Below, one piece after another: positions 1-9,042 of a stretch of 64,000 bases of DNA. Origin of the DNA: Candidatus Nanopelagicales bacterium (GTDB lineage Bacteria; Actinomycetota; Actinomycetes; JAHEKZ01); assembly GCA_038316135.1 (NCBI GenBank), contig JBBQAL010000003.1, positions 926-64,925 of the forward strand, in the 5' to 3' direction. How positions within the stretch are numbered: the first letter of the stretch is position 1; each line of letters begins with the position of its first letter. Both the position numbers and the translations under genes were made by a program. The notes under the pieces are model-generated. The model did not search any database. It was given only the letters and a program-made list of their open reading frames with translations, and had not been told where the DNA came from.

Positions 1-567
1 CCGACGCTCTGCGCGGGCTGGGACACCCGCGACCTGGTGGCGCACCTCATCGTGCGTGAGGGACACCCAGCCGCCGCCGGCATCGTTCTACGGCCTCTTG
101 CTGGCTGGACAGCACGACAGCAACAGCGCACTGCGTCCACGCCATACCCCGCCCTGGTCGAGAGATTCCGGCACGGGCCGCCGCTGATCTCGCCTATGCG
201 GCTGCCTGGCGCCGACGCTACGGCCAACGGCTTCGAACACTTCGTCCACCACGAGGACGTCCGCAGGGCTGGTGGCAGCTGGGCGGCTCGAGAGATGACC
301 GAGGCAGACCAGCGGTACCTCTGGCAGCACCTCACCCGCCGCGTCCGCCTCTACGTTCGAAAAGCTCCGGTCCCTGTGCGGCTCGTAGCGCCAGATTTCG
401 GCACAGTCTCGGTCGGAAACACTGACGATTCCGCGGCGATCACGTTGACCGGCCATCCCGCCGAGCTGGTCCTCTACCTCCACGGCCGACGGGACCAGGC
501 AGAGGTGACCATTGAAGGTCCCGATGACTCGGTCCAACGATGGCGGCAACACACGCTGAATGTCTGA
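1..567 (+). CDS. TIGR03085-like / mycothiol-dependent maleylpyruvate isomerase family (DinB-fold) protein, 5' end outside the window
   Basis: The frame is open from base 1 (PTLCAGWDTRDLVAHLIVRE...), matching the actinobacterial TIGR03085-type N-terminal pattern recalled from memory. Stop TGA at 565-567. Confidence 0.65.
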   Translation, partial: PTLCAGWDTRDLVAHLIVREGHPAAAGIVLRPLAGWTARQQQRTASTPYPALVERFRHGPPLISPMRLPGADATANGFEHFVHHEDVRRAGGSWAAREMTEADQRYLWQHLTRRVRLYVRKAPVPVRLVAPDFGTVSVGNTDDSAAITLTGHPAELVLYLHGRRDQAEVTIEGPDDSVQRWRQHTLNV

Positions 568-602
568 TGCGCTGAATGTCTGATGCGCTGAGTGTCTGGG
601 GC
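555..602. repeat. 16-nt tandem repeat, 2 perfect copies plus 1 degenerate copy (GCTGAATGTCTGATGC)
   Basis: Read directly: 555-570 equals 571-586, and 587-602 matches at 13/16. Unit 1 contains the last codons and the stop of the upstream CDS. Confidence 0.9.
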
Positions 603-621
603 TTACCCGGCTCGCAGGGCA

Positions 622-1389
622 CTAGCGAACGCAATGCCCTGCTGCTCGTAGCCGGTCCTTCACTTCCGCGATCGTGTAACTGCTGAAATGAAAGACGCTC
701 GCCGCCAGAACCGCGTCAGCTCCGGCTTCAACAGCATCGCAGAAGTGCTCAGGAGTCCCGGCACCTCCGCTCGCTACCAGCGGTAGGTGGGTCCGCCCGC
801 GGACCGCTGCGATCATGGGGAGGTCGAATCCCTCTCTAGTTCCGTCAGCATCCATCGAGTTCAGCAAGATCTCGCCGGCACCCAATCGCTGTGCGCGTTC
901 GACCCACTCGATGGCGTCGATACCGGTCCCCCGACGACCGCCGTGGGTAGTGACCTCGAACCCAGACGCGGTGCTCACCGTCTTGGAACGCCTTGCGTCA
1001 ACACTGAGCACCAACACCTGCCGACCGAACCGCGCTGAGATCTCAGCAATCAACTCAGGCCGAGTGATCGCCGCGGTATTCACTCCGACCTTGTCGGCGC
1101 CCTCCCGCAAGAGGCGATCGACATCGTCGGCAGACCGGACGCCCCCGCCGACCGTCAACGGAATGAACACCTCGCCAGCTGTGCGATTCACGACGTCATA
1201 GGTGGTAGCCCGATCACCGCTGGAAGCAGTGATATCAAGAAAGGTCAGTTCGTCGGCGCCTTCGCTGTCGTATCGACGGGCCAGCTCAACGGGGTCGCCG
1301 GCATCGCGAAGGTTCTCGAAGTTGACGCCCTTCACGACCCGACCGGCATCGACGTCAAGACACGGAATCACCCGGACGGCCACTGTCAC
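622..1389 (-). CDS. hisF: Imidazole glycerol phosphate synthase cyclase subunit HisF
   Basis: 255 aa. [28 protein letters not shown] and C-terminal ASGGAG...ASVFHF are classic HisF motifs. Confidence 0.95.
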   Translation of the reverse strand: MTVAVRVIPCLDVDAGRVVKGVNFENLRDAGDPVELARRYDSEGADELTFLDITASSGDRATTYDVVNRTAGEVFIPLTVGGGVRSADDVDRLLREGADKVGVNTAAITRPELIAEISARFGRQVLVLSVDARRSKTVSTASGFEVTTHGGRRGTGIDAIEWVERAQRLGAGEILLNSMDADGTREGFDLPMIAAVRGRTHLPLVASGGAGTPEHFCDAVEAGADAVLAASVFHFSSYTIAEVKDRLRAAGHCVR

Positions 1390-1398
1390 ACCGGCAGC

Positions 1399-1767
1399 CT
1401 AGATGGACCGCTCCGCGCTATCGGGGCTCACCCGACCCCACCATCGCGCAGTGTCGATCAGGGCCCGCTCGCGACGGCCGCGCAGATAGCCTCCGGTGCC
1501 CCAGATGCGTGGGCGGAACGCCTCGATGAAGACGAGCTCTGTCCCACCGGTCGCCGTCGAGGTCATGCCAAGCTCGCCGTGGTGATCGCGCACCGGCAAA
1601 CCCGCCGTGATGCCGTACTCGATCAGGTGCCCGGTTGCGAGCGGCGTGAGAACGATGGCAACGTCGGCACCTGGCATGGCGGGCCAGCAGTTGACGTCAC
1701 AGGCGAGGTCCCAGACCTCGGCAAGTGGGAGCTCGACGCTGATCCGCACCTCGACCTCGTACCTCAC
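1399..1767 (-). CDS. SRPBCC (polyketide cyclase/dehydrase-like) family protein
   Basis: The C-terminal ~120 aa of ORF 1399..1947 (VRYEVEVRISVELPLAEVWDLACDVNCWPAMPG...) looks SRPBCC-like. The start is trimmed to in-frame GTG 1767 because upstream codons overlap the hisA 3' end. Start uncertain. Confidence 0.5.
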   Translation of the reverse strand: MRYEVEVRISVELPLAEVWDLACDVNCWPAMPGADVAIVLTPLATGHLIEYGITAGLPVRDHHGELGMTSTATGGTELVFIEAFRPRIWGTGGYLRGRRERALIDTARWWGRVSPDSAERSI

Positions 1768-1807
1768 GACTGCACGCCACCGGTCTTCACCAAGCCTTCG
1801 GGTGCTG

Positions 1808-2548
1808 TCACCTCCCGGCGACCCTCGCCAAGGCGTCCTGCAGGGTGAAGGCTCCGGCGTACAGCGCCTTGCCGACGATGGCGCCCTCAATACCCATCGG
1901 AACCAGCGCAGCGATCGCCTCCAGGTCGGCCAACGAAGAAACCCCACCGCTGGCCACGATGGGCTTGTCGGTCCGCGCAGCCACTTCGCTCAAGAGCTCG
2001 AGGTTCGGCCCGCGCAGGGTGCCGTCCTTGGTGACGTCGGTCACCACATACCGCGCGCACCCGTCCCGCTCGAGTCGTTCGAGGGTCTCCCAGAGGTCGC
2101 CTCCCTCCTCAGTCCAGCCGCGGGCCGCAAGAGTAGTTCCGCGGACATCAAGACCGACGGCGATCCGATCGCCGTACATGGCGATCGCTTGCGCGCACCA
2201 ATGGGGGTTCTCCAGGGCAGCCGTCCCGAGGTTGACCCGTCGGCACCCGGTGCCGAGCGCTGCCACCAACGAGGCGTCGTCACGGATTCCTCCGCTCAGC
2301 TCGACATCGACATCGAGCTTGCCCACAACGTCTGCGAGCAGCTCACGGTTGCTTCCCCTACCGAATGCGGCATCCAGATCAACGAGATGGATCCACTCCG
2401 CCCCCGCCTGCTGCCACGCAAGCGCCGCCGACCAGGGGTCGCCGTAGGAGGTCTCTGTGCCGGCAGCACCCTGCACGAGCCGGACCGCCTGGCCATCGGC
2501 GACATCGACGGCGGGCAACAACTCCAGACGCGGTTCAGACATGGCCAA
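1808..2548 (-). CDS. hisA: ProFAR isomerase HisA (PriA-type in actinobacteria)
   Basis: 246 aa. [20 protein letters not shown]...[12 protein letters not shown]...[11 protein letters not shown] are HisA/PriA motifs, and the gene sits in his operon context. Confidence 0.93.
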   Translation of the reverse strand: MAMSEPRLELLPAVDVADGQAVRLVQGAAGTETSYGDPWSAALAWQQAGAEWIHLVDLDAAFGRGSNRELLADVVGKLDVDVELSGGIRDDASLVAALGTGCRRVNLGTAALENPHWCAQAIAMYGDRIAVGLDVRGTTLAARGWTEEGGDLWETLERLERDGCARYVVTDVTKDGTLRGPNLELLSEVAARTDKPIVASGGVSSLADLEAIAALVPMGIEGAIVGKALYAGAFTLQDALARVAGR

Positions 2549-2584
2549 ACTCTACGGTGGCCGGGTGGCCGGGTGGTCGCCGAG

Positions 2585-2917
2585 TCAGAGGTCGACGCGG
2601 CCCTCAGGGTCCCAGACCAGCCAGACGATCAACGGGACCAAGATGGTGGTGATGGTCAGGCCGATCCACTTGGCCTCCCAGTTACCGGCGCCGCTCACGA
2701 TCCAGATCACGGCGTTGGCAACAAGCCAAATACTTGCCATTACCCAGAGGCGACGACGCTGGCGCTGTTGACGTGCGGTCCTGGCTGCCACCTTCTTCTT
2801 CGGCTTGGCCCGGTTCGCTGACGGCTGGTCTGCCGACGGCTGGTTGGCCGGCTTCGCCTTCGGCGCACTCTTCTTGGCACGTTCTTCGGCACGGCGACGC
2901 GCCTTCTCCTTGCTCAT
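2585..2917 (-). CDS. Small membrane protein with Lys/Arg-rich N-terminus, function unknown
   Basis: 110 aa with a basic N-terminal half followed by 2 predicted TM helices (LWVMASIWLVANAVIWIV / IGLTITTILVPLIVWLVW). Lies between hisH and hisA on the same strand. Confidence 0.55.
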   Translation of the reverse strand: MSKEKARRRAEERAKKSAPKAKPANQPSADQPSANRAKPKKKVAARTARQQRQRRRLWVMASIWLVANAVIWIVSGAGNWEAKWIGLTITTILVPLIVWLVWDPEGRVDL

Positions 2918-2927
2918 GTCGTGAAGG

Positions 2928-3566
2928 CTAGAGGGTCTCCAACCAGTTCTGGAGCAGGAGGTGCCCCGCGTCGCCGGACTTCTCCGGGTGGAACTGTGTG
3001 GCCGTCAGCGGTCCGTTCTCCACAGCAGCGACGAACGGGGTTCCATGTGTAGCCCAGGTGACCAGTGGGGCAGGCATTCTCAGGTCGCTGGCAAGCTCCC
3101 AAGAACGCACGCCGTAGGAGTGCACGAAGTAGAAGCGCTCTTCGGCGACACCTGCAAAGAGTCGTGACCCAGGGGGAGCATCCACGGTGTTCCAGCCCAT
3201 GTGCGGAAGCACTGGCGCCTCCAGTTCAACCACGCTGCCCGGCCACTCTCCAAACCCCTCGATCTCGACCCCGTGCTCGACGCCGCGCGAGAACATCACC
3301 TGCATCCCAACGCAGATACCCAGAACCGCACGGCCTCCAGCTAAGCGTCTCCCGACCATTTCACCGGCCCGCAGCGACTGAAGTGCTTCTACGCATGCAG
3401 CAAAGGCACCAACGCCGGGAACCACGAGCCCGTCTGCGCTGGTTGCGACGGCTCGGTCGGCGCTGAGCGTAACGTCGGCGCCGGCGCGCTCCAAGGCCCG
3501 CACGGCCGATCGGACGTTCCCCGAGCCATAGTCCAGAACAACGACAGTGGGTCGCGACCCGCTCAT
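2928..3566 (-). CDS. hisH: Imidazole glycerol phosphate synthase glutaminase subunit HisH
   Basis: 212 aa. [20 protein letters not shown] (catalytic Cys) and FHPEKS motifs. Confidence 0.95.
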   Translation of the reverse strand: MSGSRPTVVVLDYGSGNVRSAVRALERAGADVTLSADRAVATSADGLVVPGVGAFAACVEALQSLRAGEMVGRRLAGGRAVLGICVGMQVMFSRGVEHGVEIEGFGEWPGSVVELEAPVLPHMGWNTVDAPPGSRLFAGVAEERFYFVHSYGVRSWELASDLRMPAPLVTWATHGTPFVAAVENGPLTATQFHPEKSGDAGHLLLQNWLETL

Positions 3567-3584
3567 GACTCGCTCACCGGGCGC

Positions 3585-3740
3585 TCACAGGTAGAGCCAC
3601 CCAGCTGTCAACGACAACCCGCCGAGCACAACTGCCAGGGCGACCATCCAGAGGGGCTTCTTCTGGGAGTAGAGCGAGTAGGCACCACCGAAACAGAAAC
3701 CGGCAAGTGCGAGCAGGACTACCGCCAGCACCGTGCTCAT
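3585..3740 (-). CDS. 51-aa two-TM microprotein (not in the ORF track)
   Basis: Hand translation: [54 protein letters not shown] 3740..3738 overlaps the hisB stop TGA 3739..3737 (ATGA coupling). Stop TGA at 3587..3585, 18 nt before the hisH start. Confidence 0.5.
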   Translation of the reverse strand: MSTVLAVVLLALAGFCFGGAYSLYSQKKPLWMVALAVVLGGLSLTAGWLYL

Positions 3741-4369
3741 TGACCCAGCGTCCCCTTGGTGGACGGCACGCCGGTGACCCGCGGGTCAAGTGCGACGGCG
3801 TCCCGCAAGGCTCTGGCGACCGCCTTGAACTGTGCTTCGACGACGTGGTGGGCATTGCGGCCGGTCTGTACCTCGACGTGCAGAGTGATCCGGGCCTCGG
3901 CGACGATTGACTCCCAGATGTGACGCGTCAAGGTGGTGTCGTAGCTACCGATCAGCTCGACCAGCTCTGGCTCAGAGTGAACGAGATACGGTCGTCCCGA
4001 GAGGTCAACCGAAGCAAGAACGCGCGTCTCGTCGAGCGGCACGACCGCATAGCCAAAACGGCGGACGCCAGCCTTGTCTCCTAGTGCTTCCCGGAGCGCC
4101 TGGCCGAGAGCAAGCGACGTGTCCTCGACGGTGTGGTGCGCGTCAACGTCGACGTCGCCATCGGTGCGAACGACCAGGTCCAAAAGCCCGTGCTTTCCCA
4201 GCTGCGCAAGCATGTGATCGAAGAACGGGACACCTGTGTCGACCTCCACCACTCCCGAACCGTCGACGTCGAGCTCGACAAGGACCGACGACTCTTTGGT
4301 GGCGCGCTCGACGCGCGCACGCCTCGGCCTCCAGTCCTTTGCGGCTGATATGCCTCCTGCAGCTGTCAT
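3737..4369 (-). CDS. hisB: Imidazoleglycerol-phosphate dehydratase HisB
   Basis: 210 aa. [18 protein letters not shown] and [12 protein letters not shown] motifs. Confidence 0.95.
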   Translation of the reverse strand: MTAAGGISAAKDWRPRRARVERATKESSVLVELDVDGSGVVEVDTGVPFFDHMLAQLGKHGLLDLVVRTDGDVDVDAHHTVEDTSLALGQALREALGDKAGVRRFGYAVVPLDETRVLASVDLSGRPYLVHSEPELVELIGSYDTTLTRHIWESIVAEARITLHVEVQTGRNAHHVVEAQFKAVARALRDAVALDPRVTGVPSTKGTLGQ

Positions 4370-5457
4370 GCGGCGGTCTCCTTCGTGATGGCCCGGATTG
4401 CGTCGATGAATGCATCAGTCTCGTCCGGTGTTCCTGCTGAGACCCGCAGATGACCGGGAACGCCAACGTCTCTAATCAAGACACCGGCGTCCAGAAGTGA
4501 CCGCCAGAGGACGGTTTGGTCGCCAAGCCCGCCGAAGAACACGAAGTTGGCTTCTGAGGGAAAGACCTCGTACCCGAGCTCGTCGAGGGCCGTGGCCATG
4601 CGGTCGCGCTGGACCTTGAGGGCTTCGACCCAGCGCAGTAACTCGTCGGCGTGCTCGAGGGCCGCCATACCAACGGCCTGGGTGATCGAAGACAGGTGGT
4701 ACGGCAGCCGGACCAACTGCAGGGCATCGACAACAGATGCGTTAGCCACCGCATAGCCGATGCGCGCGCCGGCCAGCTCGAGAGCCTTGCTCAGGGTGCG
4801 GACCACGATCAGCCGCTCCCGCCCGGGCAGCAACGTGACCGCGCTGGGGCTCTCGCTGAACTCTGCGTATGCCTCGTCAACAACGACGACTCCGCCCGTT
4901 GCGCCGTGGGCCGCCTCGACCACATCAAGAGTCACGGTGGTGCCTGTCGGGTTATTTGGCGTGCAGAGGAAGACGATGTCGGGATCGTGCTCGTCAACGG
5001 CCGCAACTATCCGTTCGGCCGTCACAGCGAAGCCGGTGCCTCGATCCAGCGGCAGATAGTCGGTGCCGGTGCCACGGCAGATCAGTCGGTACATCGAATA
5101 AGACGGTTCGAAGCCGATCGCGCGCCGACCTGGTCCCCCGAACGCTTGCAGGATCTGTTGTAGTACTTCGTTGCTTCCGTTGGCGGGCCACACGTGCTCG
5201 TCAGCCACCTGCGCACCTGTTCGTGCTGTGACATACGACGCGAGAGCCGTGCGAAGCCCACGAGCGTCACGATCGGGGTATCGGTTGATTCCAGCCGCTG
5301 CCGCGCTCACGTGCTCGGCGATGGATGTCGTGACAGCGTCACTCGGGGCGTACGGGTTCTCGTTGGTGTTCAGGCGCACCGAGACATCGATCTGCGGCGA
5401 GCCGTAAGGAGTCTGCCCGCGTAGATCGTCGCGCAGGGGCAGATCGTCGATGGCCAT
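4366..5457 (-). CDS. hisC: Histidinol-phosphate aminotransferase HisC
   Basis: 363 aa. LNTNENPY, class-II aminotransferase layout, RTLSKA (PLP lysine). 4-nt overlap with hisB. Confidence 0.95.
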   Translation of the reverse strand: MAIDDLPLRDDLRGQTPYGSPQIDVSVRLNTNENPYAPSDAVTTSIAEHVSAAAAGINRYPDRDARGLRTALASYVTARTGAQVADEHVWPANGSNEVLQQILQAFGGPGRRAIGFEPSYSMYRLICRGTGTDYLPLDRGTGFAVTAERIVAAVDEHDPDIVFLCTPNNPTGTTVTLDVVEAAHGATGGVVVVDEAYAEFSESPSAVTLLPGRERLIVVRTLSKALELAGARIGYAVANASVVDALQLVRLPYHLSSITQAVGMAALEHADELLRWVEALKVQRDRMATALDELGYEVFPSEANFVFFGGLGDQTVLWRSLLDAGVLIRDVGVPGHLRVSAGTPDETDAFIDAIRAITKETAA

Positions 5458-6761
5458 CAGGAGCCTCGCGGCACACGGACTCGGACGGCCGCAACGTGAG
5501 CACCGAGGTCCTCGGCACCGCCAAGGGCGTCGACGTGCGGGGCGGAGTCGGCAAGCGCCGCGCGGCTGTAGTTGACGATGTGGATGCCACGCAGGAACGA
5601 CTGCACAGAGAGGCCACTGCTGTGCCGCGCGGTACCGCCGGTCGGTAGCACGTGGTTAGAACCGGCGAGGTAGTCACCGAGTGAAACCGGCGAGTAGGGG
5701 CCGACAAAGATCGCGCCGGCGTTCCGAACCCGACCGGCACGCTCACTGGCGTCAGCGGTGATCACCTCGAGATGCTCGGCGGCCCATTCGTCAACGATCT
5801 CCAGACCCTGGTCGAGGTCGTCGACGAGGACGAAGGCACTTTGACTGGCGAGCGCCTTCTCGACCCGCTCGCGATGCGGGGTCGACGTGATCTGGTCAGC
5901 TACCTCGATGTCGACGGCGTCAAGCAGCGCTGCCGCATCGGTCACCAGAAGGCACGAGGCGTTTTCGTCGTGCTCTGCCTGCGCAATCAAGTCAGCCGCC
6001 AGATACCGGGGGTCGGCACCGGCATCGGCCAAGATCGCGATCTCGGTGGGTCCGGCCTCGGAGTCGATCCCGATGATGCCCTTGAGGTAGCGCTTGGCCG
6101 CCGCGACGTAGATGTTGCCAGGACCCGTCACGAGATCGACGCGAGGGCAGTCCTCGGTGCCATAGGCAAACATCGCCACAGCCTGCGCACCTCCGACGGC
6201 ATAGACCTCATCGATGCCGAGCAAACCGCACGCCGCGAGGACAGCCGGGTGCGGCCAGCCGGCGTGCTCACGTTGGGGCGGTGACGCGACCGCGATCGAC
6301 TCGACGCCGGCGACCTGTGCTGGGACGACGTTCATGACCACGCTGCTCGGGTAGGCCACCAACCCACCCGGCACATACAGTCCAACGCGCCCGACCGGGA
6401 CCCACTTTTCGGTCACCTGGCCACCGGGCACCACCTCAACGGTGACGTCGTGCCGAACCTGCGCCTCATGCACCCTTTGGGCGCGCCGAATGGCCTCATC
6501 GAGCGCAGCACGCAAGGCGGGATCGAGATCATCGACGGCTCGCCGGACAAGGTCGGCCGGGACCCTGGCTGACGCGAGATCAACGCCATCGAAGCGAGCC
6601 GTGAGTTCGCGCACGGCGACAGCGCCGCGCCGGCGGACGTCCTCGCAGAGCGGCCGCACCTGCTCGACGGCCACCTCAACGCTCTGCGCCGCCCGAGGCA
6701 GAACGCCGCGGGGATCGACCGACGCTCGTGCCGAGCCGCTCAGGTCTATGCGGGAGATCAT
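5457..6761 (-). CDS. hisD: Histidinol dehydrogenase HisD
   Basis: 434 aa. [16 protein letters not shown] and [13 protein letters not shown] motifs. Confidence 0.95.
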   Translation of the reverse strand: MISRIDLSGSARASVDPRGVLPRAAQSVEVAVEQVRPLCEDVRRRGAVAVRELTARFDGVDLASARVPADLVRRAVDDLDPALRAALDEAIRRAQRVHEAQVRHDVTVEVVPGGQVTEKWVPVGRVGLYVPGGLVAYPSSVVMNVVPAQVAGVESIAVASPPQREHAGWPHPAVLAACGLLGIDEVYAVGGAQAVAMFAYGTEDCPRVDLVTGPGNIYVAAAKRYLKGIIGIDSEAGPTEIAILADAGADPRYLAADLIAQAEHDENASCLLVTDAAALLDAVDIEVADQITSTPHRERVEKALASQSAFVLVDDLDQGLEIVDEWAAEHLEVITADASERAGRVRNAGAIFVGPYSPVSLGDYLAGSNHVLPTGGTARHSSGLSVQSFLRGIHIVNYSRAALADSAPHVDALGGAEDLGAHVAAVRVRVPRGS

Positions 6762-6785
6762 GGGTTCAGTCTAGGAAAGGGTCGC

Positions 6786-7349
6786 CTACCAGGACTGCTG
6801 CGGTACCCCGGTGCCATCGACGGGTGAACCGACAGGTGGCACAGGTTCGGCCGGAGGCTCCTCAACATGCGCGCTGGCTATGAGGAGCGCGAGAGTGGTC
6901 AGGGCGGTCAGGAGGGGGGCGCAGAGCACGCCAAGGGCCCGCAGGCCGAGTGCTCCTTCGACCATGCTCCCCAGTCCGGCGGTGTCGGCCACCGACTTCG
7001 GGTCGGGCGGCCCCAGCACCCCACCCAGCGACCATGCAGTCAAGGAGAGCAGCGCGCCGCCAAGGATGACGCCGACGACCAGCGCAACGGGGCTGCGACG
7101 GCCTCGGCGCCAGCAGATCAGCGTCAAGAGGACTCCGGCGATGGCACCCAGCACCACGAACCAACCGTCCCCCGCGAACCAGGCGTTGAAGCCGATATCG
7201 GCTGGCACCAGCGCACCGTCCTTGACGACCGTCCACTGCTCGGTAGGAGCAACCCACCACCAGATCAGTCCCATCACCGCACCGAGCACGACCCCGGCGA
7301 CGGCGGTCTCGGCAACGACCAGGCCGCTGCTGCGAGCCCGGCTCGTCAC
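6786..7349 (-). CDS. Integral membrane protein, function unknown
   Basis: 187 aa with about 4 hydrophobic helices and a Pro-rich C-terminus. GTGA overlap with the upstream gene's stop (7346-7349). Confidence 0.55.
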   Translation of the reverse strand: MTSRARSSGLVVAETAVAGVVLGAVMGLIWWWVAPTEQWTVVKDGALVPADIGFNAWFAGDGWFVVLGAIAGVLLTLICWRRGRRSPVALVVGVILGGALLSLTAWSLGGVLGPPDPKSVADTAGLGSMVEGALGLRALGVLCAPLLTALTTLALLIASAHVEEPPAEPVPPVGSPVDGTGVPQQSW

Positions 7350-8959
7350 GAGCCGCCTTCGTCGCTGAAGACCAAGCGCGCCCGAACCAGCGACCCGCCG
7401 TCGTCGGGGCTCACGGTGGCACCGAACGCGTCGAGCGGCTTGAGGACACCGGCAGCCTCCGGGGCGGCCAGCGCCGCAAAGCCGCGTACAGCGGAGAAGT
7501 CGACAAACACGAGGAACGATGCGTCGGTGGCATCGGGAAGGGCGTCCTGATAAGTCGGGTCAGCGCCAAGACCTCCGCCGCTGGACTCGAGCTGAGCGGC
7601 ATAGTCGTCAGTCGTGGCCACCACCATGCCGTCCGAGGTTCCCTGCGCGGTGATCCCAAACCCCCCGGTCAGCGATGCCAAGGCGCTCTCGACGCGCGCG
7701 GCGAGATCAGCTCCAGCCGCGGGGTCGGTGATCGAACGCATACCGATCCCCGGCACCGAGGTCAGCAGTCCCTCGCCGTCGACGGCGAAGACCACATCGT
7801 CACCGGCAAGCGTCTCAAGATCGTCAGGCAACGTGATCCCGTACTGCGCCTCCAGGTCGGCGAGCCCGGCCTCCAACTCTCCGGGAGCAAGGCCGCCCGT
7901 CCCATCGGCGTTGTCGATCGTCTTGGCCCAACGCTCGGCCACGAACTGCGAACCACCGGTGTACTCCAAAGCGACGAGGGTGCTCGAAGGAAGTGTGGCC
8001 ATCATCTGGCCGGGCACCGTTCCGTTCTGCGGTTCGGCCGAACTCCAGGCGACAACCTCAAGTGCGTTGGGTTCAGCGCGCAGTACCGCACCCACCCGAC
8101 CCGACTCGGCAGCGCTGGTGAGTGAGTCGTTCAAGGACGGAATGGCTATCCCCAGCGAGCCAATCAGCTGGTCGCCGGCCGCAGCGATGCCTTCGCCATC
8201 GACGTAGGTCGTGAGCAAGCCGTCGTCGAGATGGTCAAACACCTCTGCAAAGGCCGCTGACGCCGACAACGGGGCGGCCTCGCCGGCCGCGACGACTTCT
8301 GCTGCGGTCTGGGTCCTTGGTCCAGTATCGGTGATCAGTCCGTCTAGCCCATCGAGAGCGGCGAATTCGTTCAACAGATCCCCGGTGACAATCACGTACC
8401 CCTGGCTCACGGCGATCTGCTCCGGGTCGAGCACGAGCCCGAGATCAGCAACGGCCGCGTCCTCATCGGTCACCTGAAGGGCAGCAACGGGTGTGAGTGC
8501 CTCAGCGTCTTCATTCCAACTGACCCCCACCCCGACCCGATCACCGATCCATGCCGAGACGTCGGCGTCCTCGAGCTTGGTGCCTCGAACGAGCCAGTCG
8601 ACGACGACGGTGCGGACGTCCGGTTCGTTGCCGTACTTCTGCTCGACGTCGGGGAACCGGCCGAGCAGGCGCACAAGGTTGACCTTCTGCTGTGCCGCTG
8701 GATCGAGGTCGATGTCGGCGTACGCCACGACGGTGTCGGGCAAAACGTCCTCTGGCTGCGTCCCGCCACCGCCTACGACACTCCCTGCCGCAAAGCCGGC
8801 CCCCGCGGAGGCAACCAGAGCAAGCCCAACGGTCACGGCGAGCCACGATCGTCTTCCGCGAAAGCGCCCTGCCCGCTGCGGCTCTGTCGCTGACATCGCC
8901 ACGCCGAGATCGGCCGGCTCGCCAGGGACGCCAGAGTCAAATCCCCCAGTTGTGCTCAT
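7346..8959 (-). CDS. Membrane-anchored/secreted protein, function unknown (possibly DUF3352-like)
   Basis: 537 aa with an N-terminal TM/signal anchor (WLAVTVGLALVASAGAGFAAG) and an acidic Ala/Gly/Asp-rich ectodomain. The family guess is from memory only. Confidence 0.55.
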   Translation of the reverse strand: MSTTGGFDSGVPGEPADLGVAMSATEPQRAGRFRGRRSWLAVTVGLALVASAGAGFAAGSVVGGGGTQPEDVLPDTVVAYADIDLDPAAQQKVNLVRLLGRFPDVEQKYGNEPDVRTVVVDWLVRGTKLEDADVSAWIGDRVGVGVSWNEDAEALTPVAALQVTDEDAAVADLGLVLDPEQIAVSQGYVIVTGDLLNEFAALDGLDGLITDTGPRTQTAAEVVAAGEAAPLSASAAFAEVFDHLDDGLLTTYVDGEGIAAAGDQLIGSLGIAIPSLNDSLTSAAESGRVGAVLRAEPNALEVVAWSSAEPQNGTVPGQMMATLPSSTLVALEYTGGSQFVAERWAKTIDNADGTGGLAPGELEAGLADLEAQYGITLPDDLETLAGDDVVFAVDGEGLLTSVPGIGMRSITDPAAGADLAARVESALASLTGGFGITAQGTSDGMVVATTDDYAAQLESSGGGLGADPTYQDALPDATDASFLVFVDFSAVRGFAALAAPEAAGVLKPLDAFGATVSPDDGGSLVRARLVFSDEGGS

Positions 8960-9042
8960 CGGATCAGGCTAACGCCCGACAGCCCCGATCAAGACCGCCA
9001 ACCGTGCGGTTTGCTGAGCGGATCTATGAGGCATTTGGGCCA

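Noticed and set aside
1607-2821. 404-aa plus-strand ORF
   Set aside because: It is antisense to hisA, the SRPBCC ORF and the small membrane gene, all of which have recognisable motifs. Its Arg/Pro/Gly/Ser-rich composition is typical of open non-coding frames in high-GC DNA.
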